From an uncultured Candidatus Saccharibacteria bacterium (GTDB taxonomy: Bacteria; Patescibacteriota; Saccharimonadia; Saccharimonadales; Saccharimonadaceae), in NCBI GenBank assembly GCA_963548835.1, contig CAUUVO010000002.1, positions 782 to 64,781 on the forward strand: DNA of 64,000 nucleotides, in the 5' to 3' direction. Below, in pieces: positions 1-10,201 of this stretch. Below the pieces are notes generated by a model, which saw nothing but the letters and a program-made list of their open reading frames with translations, was not told where the DNA came from and ran no database searches. Made by a program: the position numbers and the translations under genes. The number at the start of each line of letters is the position of its first letter. The first letter of the stretch is position 1.

Positions 1-1
1 G

Positions 2-235
2 CATGAGGACTCTAACGGAGACGGAGAACATACGCCGGAGACGTTAAAATATAATGTTTACAATGGCGGAGATGACAATTGGGGGCTTGAGGTAAATAAT
101 AAAGATGGTGCGAGCGGATACGAAGATAGTGATGAAATAGGAAATGTTTTTACAGGTGATAGCGCAGTGGCAGAAGTGCAGAAAGCAATTGAGACTGTGA
201 AAAGCAATTGGGGTGATGACGAATCAAAAAAGTAA
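2..235 (+). CDS. 3' end of an acidic hypothetical protein (truncated by window start)
   Basis: Frame 2 is open from base 2 to TAA at 233-235 (HEDSNGDG...NWGDDESKK*) and is followed by a terminator. Confidence 0.6.
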   Translation, partial: HEDSNGDGEHTPETLKYNVYNGGDDNWGLEVNNKDGASGYEDSDEIGNVFTGDSAVAEVQKAIETVKSNWGDDESKK

Positions 236-249
236 GTAATGATTAGGAT

Positions 250-277
250 AAAATACCTGCCTGATGGCAGGTATTTT
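250..277 (+). terminator. Rho-independent terminator
   Basis: AAAATACCTGCC-TGAT-GGCAGGTATTTT perfect inverted repeat. Confidence 0.8.
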
Positions 278-315
278 GCTTAGGCTTTATAACTAGTATA
301 AGTCAATATGGTTAG

Positions 316-344
316 TTGACAAAAATGCAAATCTGTGCTAGTAT
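316..344 (+). promoter_or_regulatory. sigma70-type promoter for the orphan gene at 391
   Basis: TTGACA-17 nt-TAGTAT with extended TG. Confidence 0.65.
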
Positions 345-390
345 AGGAGAGTATAGAAATAAATAAAATAAAAAAGAAAAGACGGCAAAA

Positions 391-1488
391 ATGACAGCAG
401 AAACAATGGGAACGCGCGGTGATCGAGGTTCTTCGCCTGAGGAAAACGCTTGGATAGGAGACCGTGACAACCCTTGGGCGAGCATGGGAGAATCGCCAGG
501 CCTGTTTGATGATATTACTCCCAGTCCGCGGGAACCTGCTGAAAGACCAGATCCGTTTGGTCTAGATTTCTCCGAAAACTTTGCAGCTGAGCTATTAGAC
601 AATAAACAGAGTGCGCGTGAGGCTAGAGGGAAAGAAACAATCGGCAACTTGAAAGAAAAGGGCCAAGAGGCTCTTAGCGGTTTAAGGGAAAAAGCCAAGG
701 GCGGTCTAAATAAACTGATGACCAGAACTATGAAGGGCGTATACGCTACTGTTGGTTGGGGCGCAGAAACTGTAGCTAAAGGACGCCAGTTTGCTGCTGA
801 TAAAGAGAAGCGGTCGGAAGAAAGAAAAGCTAAGCGGGCTATGGCTCGTAAGCAGCGAATTATGGATCGCGAGAAGCGGCGCGTAGAGATTGATGGGCGT
901 AGATCTGATAGAAAGGCTGAGCGTGATAGCTTGGACCGCGGAGATGCTATTGGCAGACATCAAAGAAGAGATGTAAAACATGTGCGTAAGACAGAAACAG
1001 GTATATTGAGCGAGTCGCGCAAGGAGCTTGGCGATGTACAGAAGCTATATAAAGAAAAACAGAACACAGTGAGCGAGGCTAGGGAGGAAAAGGAATCGGC
1101 CAACGCTGATCTTCAGCGAGCAAAAGAAGAGTATCTTAAAGATATAAATCAGGAGTCTAGAAAGAGACTTGTTGAAGCTCAAGAAAGGAAGTCGCTGGCT
1201 GATCAAAATTATGAAAACATTAAAGCTGATCTGAAAGACCTTAGAGAAAGAGGTACGACTATCATGAGGCTGCAGGCAGAACACGAGCTTGCACTTTCGG
1301 AGAACGATCGGCTTCCTGGCGAAATAGCGAGACAGGCTAAGCTTCGTAAGGAGCGCCGAAATGCTTTACGGCGTGAAGCGGTTGGTGATCTTGGTATTTC
1401 TGCTAGAGACAGGGTTGGGCAGCTTTTGGACGACGCCCCAGGCTATATGAGAAGTATTGGCAGAAAGTTAGTCCGTGCTGCTCGGTGA
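391..1488 (+). CDS. orphan, highly charged coiled-coil protein
   Basis: 365-aa ORF, R/E/K-rich helical C-terminal half, own promoter. Confidence 0.75.
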   Translation: MTAETMGTRGDRGSSPEENAWIGDRDNPWASMGESPGLFDDITPSPREPAERPDPFGLDFSENFAAELLDNKQSAREARGKETIGNLKEKGQEALSGLREKAKGGLNKLMTRTMKGVYATVGWGAETVAKGRQFAADKEKRSEERKAKRAMARKQRIMDREKRRVEIDGRRSDRKAERDSLDRGDAIGRHQRRDVKHVRKTETGILSESRKELGDVQKLYKEKQNTVSEAREEKESANADLQRAKEEYLKDINQESRKRLVEAQERKSLADQNYENIKADLKDLRERGTTIMRLQAEHELALSENDRLPGEIARQAKLRKERRNALRREAVGDLGISARDRVGQLLDDAPGYMRSIGRKLVRAAR

Positions 1489-1540
1489 AATTGAATACAT
1501 GAATATAGATAGCAAAACATAAAAATAGAAAGGCAATGAT

Positions 1541-1882
1541 GTGAATAACGATAATATTACGATAAATGCGACGATCATTACAAAGAGCCAGCTGAATGCG
1601 ATTGGGATTAAACTTCCTGACGATCAGATAGAGGCGTTAATCCAACATGTTGAGGATACGGTTAACGAGAGGATCGGCGAAGAGATTGTTGATTCGCTGG
1701 ATAGCGACCAGTTAAAGGAGTTGGTAGAATTGCAGAATAATGGGGCTTCTGATGATGAGGTTAGTCGATGGATTAAAGAACGCATACCAGATTACGATGA
1801 GATTATTGAGGATAATGTGCGAATCGTTTTGGGAGAACTGGTAGAGAGTTCAGATGCTATTACAGTCTCAGCTTCAAGTTAG
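1541..1882 (+). CDS. small acidic helical protein (DUF5663-like)
   Basis: 113-aa ORF resembling CPR DUF5663-type proteins (from memory). Confidence 0.55.
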   Translation: MNNDNITINATIITKSQLNAIGIKLPDDQIEALIQHVEDTVNERIGEEIVDSLDSDQLKELVELQNNGASDDEVSRWIKERIPDYDEIIEDNVRIVLGELVESSDAITVSASS

Positions 1883-1930
1883 GATTAGATTAACGCGGTT
1901 CCGTCTGTGGGCTTATAGGGAAGAGAGGTT

Positions 1931-2983
1931 CTATCTCGTATAAATAACCAAACAGCCATCTGCCTGGCGGCGGGGGTCGGTGGTGGTGACGATGAACTGA
2001 TGGTTTTGGATGGTTTCTTGCAGCAGTTTTTCGCGGGTAGCGTCAAGCTCTGAGAATACGTCGTCTAGCAGGATAAGCGGTTTGTTGCCGGCGCTATTGG
2101 TTTGTAGATCCAATTCCAACAGCTTAAAAGCCAGCATAATAGTGCGCATTTCGCCGCGCGAGGCAATTTTAATAGCAGGTTGGTTGTGAAGAAAAATAGT
2201 AAAATCTTCGCGTTGCGGTCCGACTGATGTGAAGCCGGTTACAATCTCGTATTCGCGCGATTTGGATAAGCGGTCAAGCAGGGATTGCTCATAGTTTTGC
2301 AGGGGGGCGCTCGCCGAATATTCAATTGATAAAGCCGTTGGTTTTCCAGCCAGCGATTCGTACAGGTTTTTGATCGCTGATTCGTGTTTGAATAAAAAAT
2401 TTGTACGCTGCTGGCAAGCTGCAGCAGCATATTGAACAAATTTTATATCCCAAGCGAACAAGTTATTGCGCCAGGATTGGGAATTTTCTTGGGGGTGTTT
2501 CAATAGCTCGTTGCGCTGAAGTAATGCGCGCCCAAAGGCCCTAAGAATGGTGTCGTATTTTGGATCAAGCCGGGATAATAATCCGTCCAAAAAATCGCGC
2601 CGCCGCGCCGGCGATGACGAAATTAGCCGCAGTTCGCTGGGTTCAAACAGGACGACGGGCAGGCGGTTTTTGCAGGACAAGACTTTTGATTTGTTGTCGT
2701 TTAGGATAAATTCCTTGCTGACTTTATCATGTGATTTTTCTAATTTAAGACGCCGCGACCCGAAATTGCCCTCCAGGTGAACAATTGTTTGCTTCATATT
2801 AAACTTCATGCAGTCGCTCAAACTGCCGCGAAAGCTGTTGCCGCGCATTGCTGCGTAAATTGCCTCCAGTAGGTTAGTTTTGCCGCTGCCATTAGGTCCG
2901 GCGATAACTGTGCCGGAGCTGTTAAAATCGACTTCGTGCAGATTATAGGAACGGAAATTATAAAGCTTTAATTTGGTTATCAC
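1931..2983 (-). CDS. recF: DNA replication/repair protein RecF
   Basis: Walker A GPNGSGKTNLLEAI, PARRRDFLD, ASRGE, LLDDVFSELD. Confidence 0.93.
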   Translation of the reverse strand: MITKLKLYNFRSYNLHEVDFNSSGTVIAGPNGSGKTNLLEAIYAAMRGNSFRGSLSDCMKFNMKQTIVHLEGNFGSRRLKLEKSHDKVSKEFILNDNKSKVLSCKNRLPVVLFEPSELRLISSSPARRRDFLDGLLSRLDPKYDTILRAFGRALLQRNELLKHPQENSQSWRNNLFAWDIKFVQYAAAACQQRTNFLFKHESAIKNLYESLAGKPTALSIEYSASAPLQNYEQSLLDRLSKSREYEIVTGFTSVGPQREDFTIFLHNQPAIKIASRGEMRTIMLAFKLLELDLQTNSAGNKPLILLDDVFSELDATREKLLQETIQNHQFIVTTTDPRRQADGCLVIYTR

Positions 2984-3126
2984 GGAGGTTATTATACCAT
3001 GTTGGGAAAGGCGTAATTTGCTTGAATATTGCTCGGAATTTTACCAAATCCGTAGTTTTATGGTAAATAGGCGGCAATTGCCAGTAAAATTTGCTATAAT
3101 ATAAGGCAAGTAATTTGGAGGTAATA

Positions 3127-3681
3127 ATGTTTGATACGCAACCATATGAAGATAAAATGGCGCAGACATTCAGTCATTTTCAGGATGAGCTGAAAAAGGT
3201 GCGGACAGGCCGGGCGCATGTCGGAATGCTGGATGGCGTGATGGTGGATGCCTACGGCGCACGTATGCCGCTTAATCAAGTGGCGAACGTGACGGCGCCG
3301 GAAGCGCAGATGCTGCTAGTGACGCCGTTTGACCCGAGCAATATCGCGGCGATTTCGGCAGCGATTCGCGACAACCAGAGTTTGGGTTTTAATCCGTCCG
3401 ATGATGGACGGGTGGTGCGCGTGCCAGTGCCAGCGCTGACCGAGGAGCGCCGTCGACAACTTGTTAAGCAAGTTAGCGAAAAGGTCGAAGAGGCGCGGAT
3501 CGCTATGCGGACGATTCGCCAGGATGCTCTGAAGGAGGCCAAGCGTATGAAAGACGCCAAGGAGCTCGGCGAGGACGATCTCAAGCGGGTTGAGAAAGAG
3601 ATTGATACGCTGATGAGTAAGGTGCAGGCACAAATTGACGAAGCGTTTAAGGCAAAAGAAAAGGATGTGTTGACGGTTTGA
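3127..3681 (+). CDS. frr: ribosome recycling factor
   Basis: KVRTGRA, PLNQVANV, PALTEERR; GGAGG RBS before ATG 3127. Confidence 0.97.
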   Translation: MFDTQPYEDKMAQTFSHFQDELKKVRTGRAHVGMLDGVMVDAYGARMPLNQVANVTAPEAQMLLVTPFDPSNIAAISAAIRDNQSLGFNPSDDGRVVRVPVPALTEERRRQLVKQVSEKVEEARIAMRTIRQDALKEAKRMKDAKELGEDDLKRVEKEIDTLMSKVQAQIDEAFKAKEKDVLTV

Positions 3682-4097
3682 TGAATCAGACGTTTGCTGA
3701 GCGCGTGAAAGAGTTAGGGTTGCCACTGGATCAGATTATTATCATTGGTAGTGGTATTTTGGATCAATTAGGAATCCGCCAGTCTGCCGATATTGACGTA
3801 GCGACTAATCGAGAGGCGTTAGAAGAAATCGCTCGTAGCGATGGCTGGGTCGAAAAGCTTGATAAAAATCAACGCCAGTATTTGGTGAAGTATGATGGAT
3901 CGGTTGAGATCTGGGATGGCTGGGAGATTGATGGGCGAATTGTTGAGTATGACGAGCTGCTGGACTACGCGGTGGAATATGACGGTGTGAAGTTTGTCAA
4001 TCTAGATTTTCTGCGGCGCTGGAAAAGCTGGCGCGGGCGCGAAAAAGATATCCAGGATGTGAGGTTGATTGATGAGTGGAGGGCGAAACATGAGTGA
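3678..4097 (+). CDS. small nucleotidyltransferase-fold protein
   Basis: IIIGSG...DIDV (GS + DxD) and C-terminal GREKDIQD. Confidence 0.55.
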   Translation: MMNQTFAERVKELGLPLDQIIIIGSGILDQLGIRQSADIDVATNREALEEIARSDGWVEKLDKNQRQYLVKYDGSVEIWDGWEIDGRIVEYDELLDYAVEYDGVKFVNLDFLRRWKSWRGREKDIQDVRLIDEWRAKHE

Positions 4098-4785
4098 AAA
4101 AACAGAATTGCCGAGGCACGTTGGCTTTATCGTTGACGGTAATCGCCGCTGGGCGAAGAAACACGGGCTGCCGGCTTATGAGGGGCATCTAGCGGGGTAT
4201 AATTGCTTGAAGGACATCTTATTGGAGACTCTCCATAGCGGGGTAAAATATGCCAGCGCCTACGTGTTTAGTACGGAAAATTGGAAACGTTCCGAAGAAG
4301 AAGTCGGGCATTTGATGAAACTATTTGTTAAAATGCTGGAAGCTGACGTATCGATTTTTTTGGATAATAATGTTAGGCTGCGAGTGATTGGGTCGCGCGA
4401 CGGTTTATCGGATGCGCTGATTAAGGTTATAGACAATGCCGAGGAGAAGACTAGGAATCTGACGGGCGGCGAGCTGCTGCTTTGCCTGAATTATGGTGGA
4501 CATTTGGAAATTGCTGATGCGGTTAAAAAAGTTATTCGGTCGGGTATCTCGGCGGAAGATGTAACGCCGGAATTGATTGCTCAGAATTTATATGCGCCGG
4601 AAGTGCCGCCGTGCGATTTGATCGTACGGACTAGCGGCGAGCAGCGTCTGAGTAATTTTATGTTATGGCGGGCGGCGTACAGCGAATTGATGTTTATTGA
4701 TAAACATTGGCCGGATATGACAACTGATGACGTGGCGGTGATTTTGGATGAGTATGCGCGCCGTAATCGGCGGTTTGGAGGATAA
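4090..4785 (+). CDS. uppS: undecaprenyl diphosphate synthase
   Basis: HVGFIVDGNRRWA, FSTENWKR, RTSGEQRLSNF, RRFGG. Confidence 0.96.
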   Translation: MSEKTELPRHVGFIVDGNRRWAKKHGLPAYEGHLAGYNCLKDILLETLHSGVKYASAYVFSTENWKRSEEEVGHLMKLFVKMLEADVSIFLDNNVRLRVIGSRDGLSDALIKVIDNAEEKTRNLTGGELLLCLNYGGHLEIADAVKKVIRSGISAEDVTPELIAQNLYAPEVPPCDLIVRTSGEQRLSNFMLWRAAYSELMFIDKHWPDMTTDDVAVILDEYARRNRRFGG

Positions 4786-5948
4786 TGATGTTGATTTTGG
4801 GGGTTATTATAGGGTTGTTCGTACTGGTTCTGCTGGTTGTTTTACACGAGCTGGGTCATGCCATGGTCGCTAAGCGAAATGGCGTTGTTGTCGAAGAGTT
4901 TGGCATTGGCTTTCCGCCGCGAGCGAAGAAATGGCAGCCAAAAAAGAGTTTCCTTGGTAAAAATGTTATTTTTAGCCTGAACTGGCTGCCGCTGGGCGGA
5001 TTTGTTAAGTTAAAGGGCGAATATGATTCTGCTGAAGGCAAGGGAACATATGGCGGCGCGACATTTTGGGTAAAAACTAAGATTTTATTGGCTGGCGTGC
5101 TGATGAACTGGCTGACGGCAGCTGTGTTGTTTACGATTTTGGCGCTGGCGGGTCTGCCAAAAATTTTGCCAAATCAAGTACAATTGCCGTTTGATACAGC
5201 GGTTGAGCGCTCACCAGTGACAGTGGCGCGGGTAACGCCAGGTTCGCCAGCAGAAAAGGCGGGATTGAAAACAGATGATCAAATTATAAAAATTGCTCAG
5301 AGCGACATCACGACACCTAGCGTTTTATCAGCAGCCACGAAAACTAATGCCGGTAAAAAGGTCGCGGTGATATATCGCCGGGATAATACAGAAAAGATGA
5401 TTGATATCCAGCTTAACGATGCTAAGAAGGCTAAATCTGGCGGCTATCTGGGCGTAGCGTCGCGGCAAACAGAAAAGTTTCATAGTACGTGGTCGGCGCC
5501 AGTTTTGGGCGTAGCGACGACGGCGCAATTGTCTTATGAAACATTGAGAGGCGTTGGTGATTTGCTGGTGAAATCTGTCGGCGGGTTTATTGGACAATTT
5601 TTTGGCTCAGATGAATCGCGGCAGGCGGCAAGGGCAGATCTGGCAGCGGTTAGCGAAAACGTAGCTGGGCCGGTCGGTATTTTGGGCGTGCTATTTCCGT
5701 CGGTTGTCAATTCTGGGTTGACGCAAATACTGCTTTTGGCGGCGATTATCTCTTTGACGCTGGCAGTGATGAATGTTTTGCCAATTCCAGCGCTGGATGG
5801 CGGGCGCTGGTTTACGATGGCAATTTTCCGACTGACGCGCAAGGAGTTAACCAAGGAACGCGAAGAAAACATCCAAGCAGCGGGCATGCTGGTTTTATTA
5901 GTATTAACAATTTTAGTGACGGTGAGCGATGTCGGGAAATTATTCTAG
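4785..5948 (+). CDS. rseP: M50 (RseP-like) membrane zinc metalloprotease with PDZ domain
   Basis: HELGH, PLGGFVKL, PDZ GSPAEKAGL, NVLPIPALDGG. Confidence 0.9.
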   Translation: MMLILGVIIGLFVLVLLVVLHELGHAMVAKRNGVVVEEFGIGFPPRAKKWQPKKSFLGKNVIFSLNWLPLGGFVKLKGEYDSAEGKGTYGGATFWVKTKILLAGVLMNWLTAAVLFTILALAGLPKILPNQVQLPFDTAVERSPVTVARVTPGSPAEKAGLKTDDQIIKIAQSDITTPSVLSAATKTNAGKKVAVIYRRDNTEKMIDIQLNDAKKAKSGGYLGVASRQTEKFHSTWSAPVLGVATTAQLSYETLRGVGDLLVKSVGGFIGQFFGSDESRQAARADLAAVSENVAGPVGILGVLFPSVVNSGLTQILLLAAIISLTLAVMNVLPIPALDGGRWFTMAIFRLTRKELTKEREENIQAAGMLVLLVLTILVTVSDVGKLF

Positions 5949-6774
5949 GCTAGTTAAAAACAGGAAAAAATTTGTAGCGAGGGTTAATAAAGCGCTGGCG
6001 GGCAGGTATAAATGGTGGCTACTGCTGGCATTGCCGGCGTGGGTGTACGCGGCGTTTATCGCGGTACAGTATGCGGTTGGTTTGCTAGCGGGACTTTTGA
6101 ACTCTATTGGCGTTCCTCTGAGTTCGCTAAACGTGGTTATTTTTAATGCGGCGGCGTCGTTTATTGTTTATATTCTGACGCTGCTGGTCGTAATATTGGT
6201 GCCGCTATATGTCATGAAACATAAAACTACGCTGAGGTTGCTAGGGGTTGATGATTGGCCAACATTCTTGGAAATACTGATTTCGCCGTTGGCATATGTG
6301 GCTTATTTTCTAGTTACCAGTGTCCTGGTGGCGATAGCAGTTGCTTTGTTTTCGCTGGATATGACGCAAACGCAAACTTTACCATTCAGTCAAGCAATGC
6401 TGGGAACGCAGTGGCAGTTTTTACTAGCGTTTATAACGATGGTGGTTTTAGCGCCGATTGCCGAGGAGTTGTTGTTCCGCGGTTATCTGTACGGTAAATT
6501 GCGCAAATCGTTTTCTATCTGGCTGTCGGTTTTAGTGACGAGTTTGGCGTTTGGACTGGCGCACTTGTGGGCCGGAACTGATAAACCGCTACAGTGGTCG
6601 GTGGCAGTTGATACGTTTTCGCTCAGTCTGGTGATGTGCGCGGCGCGGGAATATACCGGCGCGGTTTGGGTGCCGATGATGGTGCATATAATAAAAAATG
6701 GCATAGCGTTCTATTTGTTGTTTATTAATCCTGATGTAATACGGCAAATAAATGCGCTATTACCGCTTATGTAA
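5929..6774 (+). CDS. CPBP/CAAX-type intramembrane protease
   Basis: EELLFRG, FGLAH, HIIKN motifs; multiple TM helices. Confidence 0.88.
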   Translation: MSGNYSRLVKNRKKFVARVNKALAGRYKWWLLLALPAWVYAAFIAVQYAVGLLAGLLNSIGVPLSSLNVVIFNAAASFIVYILTLLVVILVPLYVMKHKTTLRLLGVDDWPTFLEILISPLAYVAYFLVTSVLVAIAVALFSLDMTQTQTLPFSQAMLGTQWQFLLAFITMVVLAPIAEELLFRGYLYGKLRKSFSIWLSVLVTSLAFGLAHLWAGTDKPLQWSVAVDTFSLSLVMCAAREYTGAVWVPMMVHIIKNGIAFYLLFINPDVIRQINALLPLM

Positions 6775-6786
6775 AGGAGGAAAATT

Positions 6787-8037
6787 ATGCGGATGAGCCA
6801 ACTTTTTACCAAGACAAACAAAACTGCGCCAGCGGAAGAAGTCTCTAAAAACGCGCAGCTGCTTATCCAGGCAGGGTTTATTTATAAAGAGATGGCGGGT
6901 GTATACGCATATTTGCCGCTGGGCAAGCGCGTGCTGGACAATATTGTGCAGATTATCCGCGAGGAAATGAATGCTATCGGCGGCAACGAGGTCAGTTTGA
7001 CGGCGCTGCAATCGCGCGAGACGTGGCAAGCGTCTGGGCGCTGGGACGACGAGGTGATGGATGTATGGTTCAAGACTCGGCTTGCCAACGGTTCGGAGTT
7101 GGGCTTGGCGCCGACGCATGAAGAGCCGATTACGAAGATGATGCGCGGATTTATCGCCAGCTATAAGGATTTGCCATGCTATCCGTATCAATTTCAGATC
7201 AAGTTTCGCAATGAACTGCGATCAAAGTCGGGTTTGATGCGCGGGCGCGAGTTTTTAATGAAAGATTTGTACTCGTTTTCGCGGAATCGGGCAGAGCACG
7301 ATGAATTTTATGAGATTATCTCTCAGGCTTACGGGCGAATTTACAAGCGGCTTGGAATTGGCGATATTACTTACAAGACATTTGCTTCCGGCGGTAGCTT
7401 CTCTAAATATAGCCACGAATTTCAGACATTGTCGGACGTCGGCGAGGACACGATTTATGTGCATGAAGGTAAAAAAATTGCCATCAATCAGGAAGTGTAC
7501 ACCGACGAGGTACTGGCTGACTTGGGGATAGCGGCGGATAAGCTGGTGGAGAAAAAAGCGGTAGAGGTCGGCAATATTTTTACGCTTGGCACTAAGTTTT
7601 CTGAAGCGCTTGATTTGGTATATACCGATGAACAAGGGCATGTTCAGAAGGTGTTTATGGGTAGTTACGGCATTGGTCCGAGCCGGGTAATGGGACTAAT
7701 TGCAGAACACTTTGCTGATGATAAAGGACTAGTCTGGTCAGAAAGCATTGCGCCGTTTAAGGCTCATGTGGTGTCGATCGGCGAAAAGGGCCGGGAATTG
7801 ACGGATAAACTGTACGCTGAGCTGGCTGGCAAAGGCGTGGAAGTGCTGCTGGATGATCGGGACGAGCGACCGGGCGTGAAATTTGCTGACGCCGAGCTAA
7901 TGGGGCTGCCGTGGCGGATTACGATTAGCGATCGGGCAATTGATGGCGACGGACTGTTTGAACTAACCGAGCGGGCGACTGGCGAGACGAAGAAACTGGA
8001 CTATCAGCAGCTGGTCAAATTTTGTTTGGAGAAGTAA
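6787..8037 (+). CDS. proS: prolyl-tRNA synthetase (short form without editing domain)
   Basis: LAPTHEE, FRNELR, REFLMKDLYSF, MGSYGIG, GVKFADAEL. Confidence 0.95.
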   Translation: MRMSQLFTKTNKTAPAEEVSKNAQLLIQAGFIYKEMAGVYAYLPLGKRVLDNIVQIIREEMNAIGGNEVSLTALQSRETWQASGRWDDEVMDVWFKTRLANGSELGLAPTHEEPITKMMRGFIASYKDLPCYPYQFQIKFRNELRSKSGLMRGREFLMKDLYSFSRNRAEHDEFYEIISQAYGRIYKRLGIGDITYKTFASGGSFSKYSHEFQTLSDVGEDTIYVHEGKKIAINQEVYTDEVLADLGIAADKLVEKKAVEVGNIFTLGTKFSEALDLVYTDEQGHVQKVFMGSYGIGPSRVMGLIAEHFADDKGLVWSESIAPFKAHVVSIGEKGRELTDKLYAELAGKGVEVLLDDRDERPGVKFADAELMGLPWRITISDRAIDGDGLFELTERATGETKKLDYQQLVKFCLEK

Positions 8038-8042
8038 GAGCA

Positions 8043-8143
8043 TTGACAGCCTAGGCGGCGATTGGTATACTCGTAGGGATTGAAAAGGTAAATGAACGCT
8101 ATATATAGTGTTTTTCATTGACTATGTACGCTATATATGAAAG
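8043..8143 (+). promoter_or_regulatory. greA promoter and leader with two NrdR-box-like palindromes
   Basis: TTGACA...TGGTATACT, then ACGCTATATATAGTGT (8096-8111) and ACGCTATATATGAAAG (8128-8143). Confidence 0.5.
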
Positions 8144-8157
8144 TTAAGGGGAATCTA

Positions 8158-8613
8158 ATGAAAAAGACGTACCAGATTACAGAAAAAGGCAAGGGTGATT
8201 TAGAGGTAGAATTGGCGGATCTAAAAAGCCGGCGCGGCGAGATTGCCGAGAAAATTGCAGTTGCGCGTGATTTTGGCGATTTGAGGGAGAATGCGGAATA
8301 TGACGCTGCTCGTAAAGAGCAGGGCCTGGTCGAGACTAGGATTGCTGAAATTGAAGAAATTTTGCAGAACGCCGAAATAATTCAGTCGAGTAATGGTTCG
8401 GCGGTAGTTTTGGGGAGTACGGTAGAGTTGCAGTCTACTGCTAAGACGGTTACTTACACAGTGGTCGGGCCGGTGGAAGCTGATCCTTTGGCGGGTAAGA
8501 TTTCTAATGAATCGCCAATTGGCAAGGAGTTGATGGGCAAGAAAGTTGGCGACGAGGTGAAGATTAAGACGCCGAAGGCAGAGATGGTTTATATTGTTAA
8601 GTCGATATCGTAA
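8158..8613 (+). CDS. greA: transcription elongation factor GreA
   Basis: GDLRENAEYDAA, ISNESPIGKEL. Confidence 0.96.
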   Translation: MKKTYQITEKGKGDLEVELADLKSRRGEIAEKIAVARDFGDLRENAEYDAARKEQGLVETRIAEIEEILQNAEIIQSSNGSAVVLGSTVELQSTAKTVTYTVVGPVEADPLAGKISNESPIGKELMGKKVGDEVKIKTPKAEMVYIVKSIS

Positions 8614-8674
8614 AGACGGCTTTTAGATCTCATCGGCTTATGGCTCAAGTGAGTGTGATATAATTATCTCTGTT

Positions 8675-10177
8675 ATGGCGACATTACAAGATTACCGAAA
8701 TGAACGTTTGCGAAAATTAGCAACCCTGCGTGAATTGGGTGTTGATCCGTATCCGGCGCGGTCGGAGCGGACGCATGGTTGCGGCGAGGTTTTAGCGCAT
8801 TATGATGAGCTGGCGGGCCAGGAAGTGGTTGTGGCAGGTCGCATCACTTCAATTCGCAGTTTTGGTAAGCTGGCGTTTATCAAACTGCGTGATCAGTCTG
8901 GTGAGGTGCAGTTATATTTGCAGCGCGATGATGTGGCAGAATTGGACGCTGGTCGCGGTGTGCTGGGTATGAAGCAGCTGAAACTTCTTGACACGGGTGA
9001 TTTTGTTGAGGCGCGCGGAGTGATGACGACGACGCAGACTGGCGAAAAGTCGGTTGGCGTGCGTGAGCTACGGTTATTAACTAAGTCACTGCGGCCGATG
9101 CCCGAAAAACTAGAGAACAAAGAAGAGCGTTTCCGCCGCCGCTATGTCGATATGAATGTCAATCCAGAGGTGCGTCAGCGGTTTATTCGCCGCAGCAAGT
9201 TTTGGCAGGCGACGCGCGATTATCTGAACAGCCACGGCTTTACCGAGGTGAATGTGCCGGTATTGGAGCACACCACTGGCGGCGCTGACGCTAACCCATT
9301 TGTGACGCATATGGACGCGCTGGACGATCAGCAGTTTTACCTGCGCATTTCTCACGAGCTGCCGTTGAAGCGATTGGTTGGCGCTGGGTTCGAGAAGGTC
9401 TATGACCTCGGGCCGCGTTTTCGCAATGAGAATTATTCCGATGAGCATTTGCCAGAACACATCGCCATGGAGTGGTACGCTGCGTACTGGGATTGGCGAG
9501 CTGGTATGCGCTTCATGGAGGATATGTATAAATATGTTCTGCAGGAAACGTTTGGCACGCTGCAGTTTCAGCTGGGCCAGTTTACGGTCGATATGAGCGG
9601 CGAATGGGAAGTTTGGGATTATGCTGAGGTGATCAACAAGCACTATGGAATTGATGTGTATAATACAACGATTGAAGAGGTAGCTGCCAAGTTGAAAGAA
9701 CATGGCTTGGAAGTGGAGAAGACCGATTCTATCCCGCGTGGCATTGATAAGTTGTGGAAGAATATTCGTAAAGATGTGGCGGGGCCAGTCTGGTTGGTGA
9801 ATACGCCGAAGTTCATCAGTCCGCTATCTAAGTCCAACCCTGATAATCCGCAGACCGTGGAGCGTTTTCAGCCGATTATCGCCGGGTCAGAGCTGGGGAA
9901 CGGCTTTTCCGAGCTGAATGACCCGATTGATCAGTTGAATCGCTTTGTTGAGCAGCAACAGATGCGCGATGCAGGCGATGACGAGGCGATGATGCTGGAT
10001 ATCGACTTTGTGGAGATGTTGGAGTACGGTATGCCACCAGCTTGCGGCTGGGGCTATTCTGAGCGGGTATTTTGGATTTTTGAAGGCGTAACTGCCCGCG
10101 AGGGCGTGCCATTCCCGCAGCTAAGAAGTGAAATCGACGAGACGACACGGGCGATTTATCCAGAGGTGAAGTTGTAG
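8675..10177 (+). CDS. lysS: lysyl-tRNA synthetase (class II)
   Basis: OB fold GKLAFIKLRD, GGADANPF, YLRISHEL, FRNE, NGFSELNDP, YGMPP. Confidence 0.96.
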   Translation: MATLQDYRNERLRKLATLRELGVDPYPARSERTHGCGEVLAHYDELAGQEVVVAGRITSIRSFGKLAFIKLRDQSGEVQLYLQRDDVAELDAGRGVLGMKQLKLLDTGDFVEARGVMTTTQTGEKSVGVRELRLLTKSLRPMPEKLENKEERFRRRYVDMNVNPEVRQRFIRRSKFWQATRDYLNSHGFTEVNVPVLEHTTGGADANPFVTHMDALDDQQFYLRISHELPLKRLVGAGFEKVYDLGPRFRNENYSDEHLPEHIAMEWYAAYWDWRAGMRFMEDMYKYVLQETFGTLQFQLGQFTVDMSGEWEVWDYAEVINKHYGIDVYNTTIEEVAAKLKEHGLEVEKTDSIPRGIDKLWKNIRKDVAGPVWLVNTPKFISPLSKSNPDNPQTVERFQPIIAGSELGNGFSELNDPIDQLNRFVEQQQMRDAGDDEAMMLDIDFVEMLEYGMPPACGWGYSERVFWIFEGVTAREGVPFPQLRSEIDETTRAIYPEVKL

Positions 10178-10201
10178 TAATAAGAACCTCCAGCCCTGCT
10201 A

